From an uncultured Gammaproteobacteria bacterium (lineage in GTDB: Bacteria > Patescibacteriota > Patescibacteriia > UBA2591 > UBA6264), in assembly GCA_964596735.1 (NCBI GenBank), contig CAZQVF010000002.1:82321-146320 (forward strand): a stretch of 64,000 nucleotides of DNA. The letters run 5' to 3'. The notes beneath the pieces were generated by a model. That model ran no database searches. It saw only the letters and a program-made list of their open reading frames with translations, and was not told the origin of the DNA. The number at the start of each line of letters is the position of its first letter. The stretch's first letter is position 1. Below, piece by piece: positions 28,409-40,300 of the stretch. The translations under genes and the position numbers were made by a program.

Positions 28409-30322
28409 TTAATCCTTTGGAAAATAGGCTTGAAAAACTTCTAAAGCAGCGGGGACGGCAATCTTGTCTCCTCCACCACCATTTTCAACTAAAACCGTTA
28501 CCACAATTTCTGGATTTTCATAAGGAGCAAACCCAGTAAACCAGGCATGACTTCTTTTGTTTCCTCCTACCTGGGCCGTACCAGTTTTCCCTGCCACCAT
28601 TACTGATAAGCTATTTAATCTTCGGGCGCTTCCTTGAGTAACTGCCGCCCGTAAACCTTGTTTAATTAAATCTAAATAATCAGAATCTATAAAATCTTTT
28701 CTAATAATTTTAGGTAAAATTTGTTTTTTCTTCCCTGTTTCAGAGCTACTATATTCTTTAACCAAATGGGGTTGAAAAAGAATTCCTCCATTAGCAATGG
28801 CGGCTGTATAATTAGCCACTTGAATTGGAGTAACTAAAATATCTCCCTGACCAATTGATATGTGATAAGTATCACCAATATACCAGGGTTCCTCTTTTAC
28901 TTCTTCTTTCCATTCTGGGGTAGCTAAAAGACCTTTGTTTTCGCCAGGAATATCAATTCCTGTTTCTTCGGTTAAACCAAAAAGTTGGGCATAGTGATTG
29001 ATTCTTTCCGGTCCTAATCCTTTAATTTCACCATAGCCTCCTCCCACGTAATAAAAAAATGTGTTAACTGATTCAGCTAAAGCTTTAACTAAGTCAGTCC
29101 AACCATGTCCATTTTCTTTCCAATCAGCAAAAAACCATTGCTTGACCTTAATTCCGCCCTTGGAGAAAAATACAGTATTTTTATTAATAATTTCGTCCAT
29201 TAGGCCAGCCGCGGCAATAACAGGCTTAATCACTGAGCCACAAGGATATTCTCCGGCAATGGCTCGAAAAAACAAGGGCTTACTAGGGTCAGTTAAATAA
29301 GCTTCTGACCCTCCTTTAATAAATAGGTTATTATCATAACTTGGCCAAGAAAAAATAGATAAAATCTCTCCGTTTTTTGGATTCATAACAATAATCGTCC
29401 CTGCTTTACTTTTGCTTGCCTTTAAGTATTTTTGTAAAATTTGACTTACTTTTTCTTGTAAATTTGCATCTAAAGAAAGGATTAAATCTTGTCCTGTCTG
29501 TGGTTCTTGCTGGGAAATAATTCTTTCTTCTTTCCCCAATGAATTAACTTCTATTCTTTTTTGCCCGTCTTTGCCTTTTAATAAATTTTCATAAGATACT
29601 TCTAAACCTGTTTTACCAATGAAATCTGTTATTAAGTAATCTGGATACTCTATTAGCTCTTCTGGGCTTAGTTTTCCAACATAACCCAGGACATGAGCCA
29701 AAGTCTGCCCTCTTAAATATTCTCTTTCTGCCTCTATTCTTAGATTTATACCTGATAAATTCTTTAATTTTGTTTCTAATTTAACAGCCGTTTGATAATC
29801 AAGGTCTCTTAATAATTCTACCTCTTGATAAGAATGAGGTAATAAATTTTGAAAAATCTCCCTGATTTGGGCTTCTGTTTCTCTATTCACATTTAAGATT
29901 AAAAAAACCTGTTCTAATGTTTTTTCTTTTCCTTCTCTGTCTTTAGGTAAATCCCCGGGAATAACTACTAAAGAAAATCCGGGCCTGTTTTTGATCAAAT
30001 GTTGAAGACTTCGATCATAAATTAACCCCCGATCAGCTTTAATCGGCAAGATGCGGACCCTGTTTCCCTCAGCAATGTCTCTGTATTCTTGGCCATGAAC
30101 AACTTGTAGCCAAAAAAGGCGGCCCAGCATTAACAGGGTTAATAGAGAAATAAAAAGAAATAAAAAATAAATTCTTCCTCTTTTTATGGGCGTAGCCAAG
30201 GCGGCTGTTTCTGGCTCGCTTTCTGGTAAATAATTACCTTCGTCAAGATGACGAGAAAAATTTGGTATTTTTTTATCTTTAAAACCCTTGCCTGATGATT
30301 GGATATTAAAAGGATCACTCAT
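28409..30322 (-). CDS. mrdA: Penicillin-binding protein 2 (elongasome transpeptidase)
   Basis: N-terminal TM, PBP dimerisation domain, and transpeptidase motifs SVIKP, SxN, KTGT. It overlaps mreD by ATGA. Confidence 0.85.
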   Translation of the reverse strand: MSDPFNIQSSGKGFKDKKIPNFSRHLDEGNYLPESEPETAALATPIKRGRIYFLFLFISLLTLLMLGRLFWLQVVHGQEYRDIAEGNRVRILPIKADRGLIYDRSLQHLIKNRPGFSLVVIPGDLPKDREGKEKTLEQVFLILNVNRETEAQIREIFQNLLPHSYQEVELLRDLDYQTAVKLETKLKNLSGINLRIEAEREYLRGQTLAHVLGYVGKLSPEELIEYPDYLITDFIGKTGLEVSYENLLKGKDGQKRIEVNSLGKEERIISQQEPQTGQDLILSLDANLQEKVSQILQKYLKASKSKAGTIIVMNPKNGEILSIFSWPSYDNNLFIKGGSEAYLTDPSKPLFFRAIAGEYPCGSVIKPVIAAAGLMDEIINKNTVFFSKGGIKVKQWFFADWKENGHGWTDLVKALAESVNTFFYYVGGGYGEIKGLGPERINHYAQLFGLTEETGIDIPGENKGLLATPEWKEEVKEEPWYIGDTYHISIGQGDILVTPIQVANYTAAIANGGILFQPHLVKEYSSSETGKKKQILPKIIRKDFIDSDYLDLIKQGLRAAVTQGSARRLNSLSVMVAGKTGTAQVGGNKRSHAWFTGFAPYENPEIVVTVLVENGGGGDKIAVPAALEVFQAYFPKD

Positions 30323-30852
30323 ATGTTTATTCCTTTATACTTCTTATACTTTAATCCTATTAGTCTGATTAAGAAAGAAAAAATAGTGATTAATAAAGCA
30401 TTGAAAAAAATTGATTGAAATAAGGCAGACCAATAAAATTTATCAAAACTAATTCTTAAATCTGATAAATTTATTAAGTAAAAAAATTGGCTGATCAACA
30501 GAATAAAAACATGATAAACCAAGCCGGCGACTAAGCCAAAGACAAAAATACTTAATGACTTATTTAAATTAAATTTAGATAGTAAAAATTTGTAACAAAA
30601 ATAGCTAGTCAGAATTAGACTTAAAACAAACAAACCCGGGGGAAAAATAGAATAAACATCTAATAAAATGCCCCCCCAAATACTTATTAAAAAAACATGT
30701 TTAGTTATTTTGTTTTTCCCTGACTCAATTAAAAAAAGTATTGCCAGAATAAAAATCAAAGAAACCTCTGTAGGAATTAACGGGGAAGAAAGTTCCAAAG
30801 CAGCCAAAATTAGGACAAAAAAAACAAGGCAAATGGATTTTAAAACTGACAT
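30319..30852 (-). CDS. mreD: Rod shape-determining protein MreD (putative)
   Basis: Small polytopic membrane protein between mreC and PBP2. Start set at the Met abutting the mreC stop. Confidence 0.55.
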   Translation of the reverse strand: MSVLKSICLVFFVLILAALELSSPLIPTEVSLIFILAILFLIESGKNKITKHVFLISIWGGILLDVYSIFPPGLFVLSLILTSYFCYKFLLSKFNLNKSLSIFVFGLVAGLVYHVFILLISQFFYLINLSDLRISFDKFYWSALFQSIFFNALLITIFSFLIRLIGLKYKKYKGINI

Positions 30853-30853
30853 A

Positions 30854-31618
30854 TTATTGAGGTAAAATAATTGAAACAATTTTTGGCTTTGGCGTTAAAA
30901 GAGGTTTAACAATGACTTCTTGAAAAATATCGTTTGGTTTTTTATTAATTTCCATTACCTGACCAATAACTATTCCCCAACGAATATTGTCTTCTAGGCC
31001 AGTTGTAATCACGGCGTCTCCAATGTTTATTCTCTTATCTAAAGGAACATATTTCATTTTTAAAGTTAATCCGTACTCTCCTTGAATAACACCAGAAACG
31101 ATTCCAGGATTATTAATATCACTTTCTAAGGGCAATTGAGTTAAAGGATCATAAGTAATAATGTCAGCCGCTAAAGCTAGGTGTTGATCAAAAATTGGTT
31201 GAGAATAAGAAACAGAATCTTTAACTTTGACAACCACCCCGATTAAAACACCATTTTGGTCAACTACGGCCAAGCCTGGTTCTATCCCTTTATCTGCTCC
31301 TTGATCTAATAAAAGCCATTTAAATCCGGCGACTGATTTTTGGCCAATTACTCTAGCCAAAACACTGTTATCTTTTGTTTTGTCCAAAAAATTAAAATGA
31401 TCCCTTATAACTTCGTTTTCAACTTGAATCTTTTTTAATTTAACATTTTCTATTTTAAGTTGACGATAAAACTCATCCCCAGATAAAGATGATGCTTCTA
31501 ATTGATAAAAAGATTTTTGGATTGGCTGTAAAATTTTAAAAAAAACATTTTCTCCTTTAAGGAGAAAAATAAATATCAATAATAAAACAATAATAATAAA
31601 AACAACAAGTTTTCTCAT
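30854..31618 (-). CDS. mreC: Rod shape-determining protein MreC
   Basis: N-terminal TM, coiled coil, and beta-rich C-terminal domain (VVDQNGVLIGVV..., ITTGLED). Confidence 0.75.
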   Translation of the reverse strand: MRKLVVFIIIVLLLIFIFLLKGENVFFKILQPIQKSFYQLEASSLSGDEFYRQLKIENVKLKKIQVENEVIRDHFNFLDKTKDNSVLARVIGQKSVAGFKWLLLDQGADKGIEPGLAVVDQNGVLIGVVVKVKDSVSYSQPIFDQHLALAADIITYDPLTQLPLESDINNPGIVSGVIQGEYGLTLKMKYVPLDKRINIGDAVITTGLEDNIRWGIVIGQVMEINKKPNDIFQEVIVKPLLTPKPKIVSIILPQ

Positions 31619-31646
31619 ATTAAAATCTTATTTTATTTTGTATTTA

Positions 31647-33728
31647 TTATCTGCTTGGTACAGAAGTTACATTGCTATCAATAATTGGTCCGTCTGGATA
31701 AACTTCATCCGCTAAAATCTCAATAACGTCATCCCATTTAAAGCCTAATGCTTCAAAAACCTGGCCTGAAGCAAAGGCTCTTTTCTTGCCAGATTCAACT
31801 AAATAAACACCTGGTTGGTCAACATACTTAATCAAAGTTCCGTCTAAACGCCCGGTAACTGGATCTCCGTCAATATAGGTTTCATTGTAAGGAATTTCAA
31901 TAACGTCTTCCCATTTAAAACCTATTCTTTCAAAGACCTCACCTGAAGCAAAGGCTCTTTTCTTACCAGATTCAATTAAATAAACGCCTGGTTGATCAGG
32001 ATATTTAATTAAAGTTCCATCTACCCTACCCTGAGGTTGAACAACAAATTGGAAACTGTTAATCATCAGCTCAAAACTTGTTTTAAAGTTAGCTTCTTTT
32101 TCAGTTCCTACATTATAAGACAAGATATAAATGCGACTATCTTTCTGAATATAAAGGGTTAAGTGTTCTGGATTCCAAACTGCTTCTTGATTGTTAACAA
32201 TAGTTGAATATAACAAGGATTGATCAATGCTTGGAGATTGTCTTAAATACCATTCAACTGGCTTTAGTCCTTCGGGATTATTTTCCACAGTGATGCTAAA
32301 AAATTCACCTGTATTTGTAATAACTAATACTTCTTGATTATTAGTTTCTGGAATAGCTCTTGCCAGCCAAGATGAAGGATAAAAGAAACTGTATGAATAA
32401 GTTGGATTAGTGTAAACATTGATTAGCCCTGAAGCAGCTAACTGAGCCCCTTCTGCTTGTTGATTAGGATCTGTAAGATTAAGAATTTCTTGGCCATCAG
32501 GGGTGGTATCAGTGTCTGAGTCAGGATTATTTACTTCTGTGTGATAAAGTGTCTCTTCAACATCTGTTAAACCATCATTGTCTGTATCTAGGCTAGATTG
32601 AACTTCTGGGGCTATCTGGAACATTTCTACTTTAGGGGTAAGTTTTTCTTTGGCTACAATAATAGCTAGGGTTTTCGCTGGCATAAGATCAAGAGCAATC
32701 GTTAATGTATTTGTTTCTTCATTAAGAGAAGAAGACAGGGGTGTCCAAAGGTTGTCTTTAAAATATCCCAGGACTAAATCTTTTTCCCATGCATCTTCAA
32801 CTAAAGCTTGATGATAAAACATTTTTAAGTCTGCTGTTTTTTTAAAAATTATATCAAGTGTCTCTTCAGTTTCAACCTCAGTTTCAATTTTTTGAGAAGA
32901 AACTTGATAAAGACCTCCTATTATCTTATAATCTCCTTCTGATTCTTCACTAGCTAACTCTCCACTAATCTCTAATTTAATATCTGTCTCTATCGCCCCT
33001 TCTGGTAAATAAATTTCTGCCCAAGAGATAATAACATCTGTTTCAGTGTTTTTTAGCTCATTCTTTAGGGTTTGTACTGGTGATAAAACCGGCTCTTCAA
33101 TAATTTCTGTCTTTTCTTCTTCAACTGGTTCAACAGGCTCTTCTAATTCTGTAGCTGTTGGCTCTGTAATTGGTTCAGGGGCAACCGATTTTTGGGAATA
33201 ATTCTGAGCCCAAAAGTAAAAACCAAGTCCTCCGGCAATAATTAAGATAACAACAACTAATAAAATAATTAAAAGCTTACCCTTCTTTTTACCTGATTTT
33301 GGTTTTTTGGGTTTAGATTTTCTAAATTTATCTGCCATCACTCGAACTGTTTCCTTGTCTGAGTCCCCTCCTTCATCTGCCTCTTGAATAATCTCCTTTT
33401 TGGCTAATTCTGGAGTAGCAAATTTAGTGGCTGACGGTTGAGGTGGTGGCGGGCTTGGTTGTTCAGGTGTTGGAGGCTCTGTTGAAGGTGTTGGGGCAAC
33501 TGGTTCTTGTTGTGGCAATTCAGCCGCAGGTTCAGGAGTTGTCTCAGGGACAGATGTATCTGTGGCTGGCTCTGAAGGTGCGGGAGCAGCTGTCGGTTCA
33601 GTTACTGGTTCAGTTGCCGGAACGGCTGGCTGGGCTGCTCCTGGTTCAGCTGGAGGAACCGGCGAAGAGCCCTGGGTAGCTGGCTCCTGCGGTTGCTGTG
33701 ATGATTGTTGTTGTTTTTCATCAAACAT
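31647..33728 (-). CDS. Membrane-anchored extracellular protein: Pro/Ala/Glu-rich cytoplasmic N-terminus, TM anchor, acidic region with DxDxDG-type Ca-binding motifs, two C-terminal ~60-aa tandem repeats
   Basis: The N-terminal 100 aa are PA-rich and GC-rich in DNA. TM LLIILLVVVILIIAGGLGFYF. Motifs DTDNDGLTDVEE and DSDTDTTPDGQE. Repeats GR(V/L)DGTLIKYxDQPGVYL(I/V)ESGKKRAFASGxVFExxGFKW(E/D)DVIEI x2; the DNA repeat spans 31700-32040. Confidence 0.6.
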   Translation of the reverse strand: MFDEKQQQSSQQPQEPATQGSSPVPPAEPGAAQPAVPATEPVTEPTAAPAPSEPATDTSVPETTPEPAAELPQQEPVAPTPSTEPPTPEQPSPPPPQPSATKFATPELAKKEIIQEADEGGDSDKETVRVMADKFRKSKPKKPKSGKKKGKLLIILLVVVILIIAGGLGFYFWAQNYSQKSVAPEPITEPTATELEEPVEPVEEEKTEIIEEPVLSPVQTLKNELKNTETDVIISWAEIYLPEGAIETDIKLEISGELASEESEGDYKIIGGLYQVSSQKIETEVETEETLDIIFKKTADLKMFYHQALVEDAWEKDLVLGYFKDNLWTPLSSSLNEETNTLTIALDLMPAKTLAIIVAKEKLTPKVEMFQIAPEVQSSLDTDNDGLTDVEETLYHTEVNNPDSDTDTTPDGQEILNLTDPNQQAEGAQLAASGLINVYTNPTYSYSFFYPSSWLARAIPETNNQEVLVITNTGEFFSITVENNPEGLKPVEWYLRQSPSIDQSLLYSTIVNNQEAVWNPEHLTLYIQKDSRIYILSYNVGTEKEANFKTSFELMINSFQFVVQPQGRVDGTLIKYPDQPGVYLIESGKKRAFASGEVFERIGFKWEDVIEIPYNETYIDGDPVTGRLDGTLIKYVDQPGVYLVESGKKRAFASGQVFEALGFKWDDVIEILADEVYPDGPIIDSNVTSVPSR

Positions 33729-33751
33729 AAAAATTAATTTTAATTGTTATT

Positions 33752-34339
33752 TTATTTTATTTTTTGGATTTCTTTTTGTAAATCCAAAAGTTTTGCATTT
33801 GGATTAGGATCTTTAGGGTCACCCCCTTTTCTTACTTCTTCCCCGTCTAAAATTCCATCTTCATCTGTATCAGATTTTAATGGGTCGGTTAAATAAATTT
33901 TAACTTCTTCTTTATCAAAAAGGCCGTCTTGATCACTATCTAAACTATTTATCTGGGTCCCTAATTCGCGTTCTTCTGCATCTGTTAAACCGTCATGATC
34001 TGAGTCTAATGTTTCCTCGTCGTCCCCTGATTCTTCTAAATCTACTGGAGTTTCTGTTAATTCTTCTTGTCCTGCTTGTTCAACTGGTGTCTCAACCCTG
34101 CCTTCTTCTGAAGATTTTCCTTTTATTTTAGAAAAAACAAACCAGAGAGCAATGATAAGGATAACAATAACAATGATGATTATTATTAAACGAATTACCT
34201 TGCTTATATTAACCCTTTTTTTAAACTTTGGTTCTACTTTTTTTGTTTCAATAGATTGCCCCTCTACCTGAGCCACTGTAGAAGATGGTGTTTTTTCAAC
34301 TTTATCAAAAATGTCTTCAGTTTTATTTTCTTCTGGCAT
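33752..34339 (-). CDS. Membrane-anchored protein with three thrombospondin-type-3-like Ca-binding repeats
   Basis: TM LIIIIIVIVILIIALWFVF, then DSDHDGLTDAEE, DSDQDGLFDKEE, DTDEDGILDGEE. Confidence 0.6.
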   Translation of the reverse strand: MPEENKTEDIFDKVEKTPSSTVAQVEGQSIETKKVEPKFKKRVNISKVIRLIIIIIVIVILIIALWFVFSKIKGKSSEEGRVETPVEQAGQEELTETPVDLEESGDDEETLDSDHDGLTDAEERELGTQINSLDSDQDGLFDKEEVKIYLTDPLKSDTDEDGILDGEEVRKGGDPKDPNPNAKLLDLQKEIQKIK

Positions 34340-34366
34340 AAAATTCTATTATTTTTATTATTTATA

Positions 34367-37300
34367 TTACTGATCAAGATCTCCACAATTACGTTTGAGG
34401 CCACTTCCCGGACCACAATAATAGTCTTTATTATGAACCAAGAAATCATTGGCAAAGTAGTTATGTAGTTTATCAACTTCTAGATTATAAACTGTTTGCT
34501 GATCTATTGCCTTTTTAATTTTAATAATTTTAACAAATTCTAATCGCCCATTATTATTTATTTTCCCAACCTCATCCCAAATGTTTAAATCTTTAACTTT
34601 TAAATATCCTTTTCTAGTATAGATAGGATGAATATTTGTTACCTTTAAAACTGAATAGTCTAAAAGTGTCATTATATAATAATCTTGTTTTTCATGTTCA
34701 AATGTTTGCATTACTTTGACTTTTTGGATTCTATTTTTTTCTAAATCATACCCATTAATTATGTCTCCGACTTTAATGTCCTCAATGTTTTTAAATCCAT
34801 TCTCAGTTGTAATTAAAGTCCCGGCAATAAAACATCCTGCTTCGTCTCCACAACAAAATTGATCATCATCACAACTGCTACCACAAGTGGCAACGCAATC
34901 ACTACAATAAGTCGAATCAGTAGGACAACCATCTTCTGAAGGACCCCATTGACAATCATCTTCACAATAGCGACATTGACCCGCTCCTACATAGTCTCCC
35001 TCACCAGGTGTACATGCGTTTTTTGGAGGAAGATCACATATTCCACTTTGACACTCGCCACATGCCTCCATACACTCTGTTCCATCCGATACAGATTGAT
35101 CAGCTGGACAGCTGCTAGAAGAACCTGTGCAGGTTTCTGATATATCACACTCAGAGTCTGCTGGGCGACAAACATATTCTGAAGACCGATAATAACAACC
35201 ATCACAACAAGCTCCCGTAGTACAGTCGCAGGGAGGAACACAAGCACCATTATTACAAACTTCCCCAGTAGGACAGCAAACACCAGCACAACAAGTTCCT
35301 GTATCACAACCTAAATAAGGTGGCGGCCCTGTGTCTGTAACTGGATCACAATCTCCAGTACCATCACACTGATAACAAGTTGTACATTGAGCAGTAGATT
35401 GCCCACAACTAGCTGTTAATATATTGCCGGCATCAGCATTAATTGTCACGCCAAAAGCTCCTGAATTATCTGTTTTACAAACACCATTATAAGCACAGCT
35501 ACGATAATATATTGTTCCTGAACAAGCCCCAGAAGTACAAGAATTATCTATATCACAATAATAAGTAGATGAAACTGATATTTCTGAACCGTTAACGCAA
35601 ACCTTGTTTTCTGCCACAATTGAACCATTGTTACCAACATCATAAGAACAAGCATGTCCAGCAGAACATCTTAATTCATCTCTTGTTTTAAAACAATCTG
35701 TATTACAGTAATTCCAAGAAGAAAAATCGCAAAGTGTCGTTCCGTTTGGCGAACAACTACCGGTTAAAGTTTTGCCAGTATTAGGATAAACTGTTTGTTG
35801 GTAAGAACCTGTCGCGTCTGCTTTACAAGCTCCACTACCATCACAACCACGATAATATCTATAACCAACACAAGCACCGTTTGTACAATCATCAACAATC
35901 GCCCCGCAATAATTACTAGTGCTACGATAAGCCAGGGTGCAATCAGGATATAATACACAATTTGCCTGAGCCATGATTGGTTGTAAATGACCGCCCGTGT
36001 AGTCACCTACACCCCGGCAAGCCCCACTACCATTACATGAGCGATACCATCTAGTCCCTGAGCAACTATTATTACTGCAATTATTTTCAGGTGATCCACA
36101 ATAATTTGAGGCTGAAACAGAAGTGATTTCACCTGCTCCTGTACAAACAGAACCAGAAGGAATATTTTCTGTGCCGCCACTAGGATCACAAGACCCACTA
36201 GAACCACATAGCCCACTACCTCCCCCTCTAACACAATCACTGTCGCAAGAAATCCAACCTATTTCACACTGATTAAACGGATCTTGACCTGCTGTCTGAT
36301 TTACACAAGATCCGTTATAACATCTTTTACAAGTATCCTGGCATAATGTTGAGCCAACAGTATCTTGGGTATTATTTGTTTTATTAACACAGGTTCCAGA
36401 ACCTGCCCCATCACAAGTCTGACAAGCTGAACAATTTCTATCTCCAGAAGTATAATAATCTGTACAAAAGCCGCTGCCGTCACAATTACCAGTTAAACAT
36501 CCACTAGTATCATTGCAAATATTTCTGGGATCATTTCCTGCACTGACATTATGACAGGTTCCAGCTGATCCACCAAAACCTTCACCACAATATTCACAAC
36601 TCCCAGTACAAGACATATCACAACAAACTCCGTCAACACAACTTCCTGAATGACAATTTGCGTCACCTGAACAAGCTTCACCATTGGCTTTTAACGCACA
36701 AGAAACTCCACTCCAAGAACAATTATTACATTCAAGAAAACCGGTTGGTTCACTTTCATATCCTAAGCCTTCACATGTTGCTGCTGGAATAAATCCCTCT
36801 GATGGAAAAGTTGTTCCCGGACAATATCCTGATTGAAATGGAGAACAGCAGGTTCCATAACCACTTCCGCAATCACATTGTTCTCCGCATTGGAGTGTTC
36901 CGTCTCCGCAAACAGGTGCTCCTGGTGACTCATAAATATAATTAAAATCCCCTGAAGAATCTGATTGGGTAGTGATAACGTCTTCTTCCCCTTTCCAGAT
37001 GATTCCCCCATTACCATATTCTAAATTGACTGATAAGGTATAATATTCACCTAAACAACCTGATTGATCTGGAGCATAATATTGATAAACATGAGACCCA
37101 TCAGGAATCTCAAAAATTTGAGTACTAGGGTTATAACAAGTATTATCACATTGAGAATCTGGTTCATCAATACAACCAGCACAAGGACCATTAAATTCAT
37201 TAATTGGATCAACTGGTAATGATTCTCCTAAGGCTTGTGATAAAGTATTTGTCCAAGAAGGCCAAAGACTATTGCTTTTACTCAAGACATATGTCCCTGC

Positions 37301-40300
37301 CCCCAAGGTTGGATATTCACCTTGTTCTTGATAATGCTCTTCTAATTCATCTTTTATTTCTTGAAAATTATAAAGTCTTAATAAGTCGTTTTGTAGCTTG
37401 GGTTTATCTTCAAAATAATTATCTAAATTAATATTAAATTCCCAATTATATAATATCTGATTAAATATTTCTATTGTTTTTGGGCTTGCTCCATCATTAT
37501 ATGAAATTAAATAAACATAGGTATAAACTCCCTGATCAGCACAAGTAAGTGTTGCAATATAGCTTCCATGTCCTGTTACACCCCATGCCCCATTATTATA
37601 TCTCATATAACCTCCTCCTGATCCAGTAGTTGTGTAGGACTCAAAGCCACTGTAATTTTGATCATCAACACAATATTGCTGAGCCGTCGCGTTGTCAGGA
37701 TATAAATAATATGAACCATGTTGAGGATTAGAAAAATTATCAGTATCTGAACCCAAATTAGTTGCCCCAACATAAGTAGTTCTTCCTTCTCGCAAAGCAT
37801 AATAGTTATCAATAACAAAATTGCTCGGCTTTCCCGGATTTGGTACATTTTGTTCGTACCAGTTTAAAACACTCAGTCTTTTTGGATTATTAAATACTTT
37901 TAAGCCAATTACGTCTCCTGAATCACCAACGGAAAAAAGAAATTCTTTAATTAAAGGATCACTGCCTTCTATTGATGCCTCTGCTAATTCTGGCAATCTG
38001 TCTGCTTCGGCTTGAGCTAAGTCTCCTCGACAATAACTTAATTTAAATTGAGTATTTGGAGCAAAACCTGGACCAGCTGCATCTTCAAAAGTCCAAGGAA
38101 CTTCGCAAATAAGAACGTTTGCTTCTGTTATTCCTAAAACAGAAATAGCTGGATCAGAACCAACAATCGTGGCCGTAGCCGTAATCTGCACTCGGCCATT
38201 TCTGTCTTGAGCCATAGCTGTTTCATCTTCTGAACTAGATCCTGTTATTGAAACAACTGCTGGGTCTGAAGATTCCCATGACCAGGTCCAGTCATAAACA
38301 TCAGGAATTCCTAATATTTCATTGCCCTGATTATCATATGTGTAAGCAATTAAATTTTCTGATTCGTCCGTGGATGTGAAGTCAATTGTTTTTGGTTCAA
38401 TATCAACTTCTGACAGAGTACAAATTTGATCAGAAGTAGTAAATGTTGAATTATAATCAGCGGCCATACCAACACCATAAATGCTTTCTACTCCGTTTTC
38501 CCCGCCTAGAATTGTTATTTGATATTCTTGATTAGAATCAAGTAATCCGGCATTTATATTTACTATTGTCTTATTTTCATTATAACAAGTAAGTGTTGCA
38601 ATATAGCTTCCATGTCCTGTTACACCCCATGCCCCATTATTATATCTCATATAGCTTCCCAGTGTTAGGGTAGTTGTATAGGAGTCAAAGCCCCTGTAAT
38701 CTTGATCAAGACAATATTGCTGAGCTGTTGCACTACTAGGATATAAATAATATGAACCATGTTGAGGATTGGGAATGTCATTAGTAGGTTCTCGAAAGAT
38801 ATCGTCAACAGCTGAAACATCAACTGTCGAAGTTATATCATCCCATAAAGTAGTCCATTTAAAAAATTTTATTGTGTCTTTTGAAATACTTGATCTGTCC
38901 ATGGGTTGATCAAAAATTGCTTTAATTACTGAATTGCGACAAACATTAGAGCCAGAAGGTTGAAAAGTTTCTACATTAGGATAAATGGCTACCACTAAAT
39001 CAACAGAGTTAGTTACTGGCTCGCCTGCTGATGGAGTAGCCGTAACCTCAATTTCTGTTTCTCCTAAGTCTACGGCCGTAGCCATAGCAGTATAAGTGGG
39101 TGTTTGCGGAGCCACAGTGGCCACACCCGGTTCTGTTGATTCCCATGTCCAAGTAAATGTATCTGGTCTTAAAATCTGACAATCTGGACCAATTGGCAAA
39201 GCAGAATAATCTTTAGTTCCTGATTCAATAATTATCCCAACCGGATCTTGTTCAAATATTTCTATTGCTTGAGCAGAACAAACCTCTGCCTGGTCTTTTG
39301 TTTTAAAATACCAAGTATAGTCGTCATTGGGCGAGTCGTCTTCAATTCCGTCCTTGTTTCCGTCTAACTGATAATTATCAACCGAATCTACAATCCCTGT
39401 TTCCCCACTTTTAAGAGTAACTTGATACCAATAATTTTGATCCAACAGAACACCAGGTGTATAAATAAATCCTTTACTACAGAGTAGTGTATCAATTCTT
39501 TCTGCTGAACTTTCTTCAACCCATTCTCCGTCTACATACCTCATATAGTCATCAATTGGACCAACTGTAGAATAAGTCGCTTTAAAACTAGTATAACCGT
39601 GTTCAAAACAAAATCGATTGGCTGTTGTTATGTCTGGATATAAATGAACTGCATTGTGTTGGGGGTTAACAAATGACTTGTCTGTTTCCACAATTGTTCC
39701 GCTAACATCAGTGGTGCATGATGCTGAATCAAACATTTCATTGCCTAGATTACATTTCTCAACAATGATATTAGTGTTTGATAAATTATCTACTTCCATG
39801 TTAAAACGAGCTGAAATCAATGCATTGCGGCAGGCTTGCGAAGATAAATGACGCGGGGAAGGGGTCTGGATATTGTTTAAGCAAGTACTGTCTTCAAAAA
39901 CCTGGGGAAGATCAAAAGTTTCTGGATCTTCCGGCGGCAAAACTGGGGGGGAAAGCACACTAGTAAATTCTCCTGAACCAGAATACCCCGATATTGTTGC
40001 AGAAATATCAGTGGTCTGCTCCCCTTCTCCTTCCACAGGAGAAACCGTAGTTTCTAATGCTTGGCTAGGACTAACCACAGCGATATTAATGTCATCTGAT
40101 TGCCAGAAAAATTCTGCCACACAAATCGGGTTATTATTAAAATTATATCCCTGGGCTGTATAAATAACACTGTCTTCAAAAGATTCAACAATAGCACTGT
40201 CTGGACTAACAATAATTTCACTAATTTCGCATATATTATCTTCAGGTCCAGTTGCAAATTGCCAAGTATAATCATCCATGGAAACGCCCAGGCTATCGCG

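Noticed and set aside
30319-30322. Possibility of UGA recoding (as in some CPR lineages)
   Set aside because: mreD appears to terminate with TGA overlapping the PBP2 ATG (ATGA), and the ORF set is coherent under the standard code. There is no evidence for UGA recoding in this window.
37530-38800. Internal repeats of the giant gene considered as DGR (diversity-generating retroelement) template/variable repeats
   Set aside because: No reverse transcriptase or accessory gene is in the window. Both copies are inside the same ORF. Mismatches between copies are of all types rather than adenine-specific.
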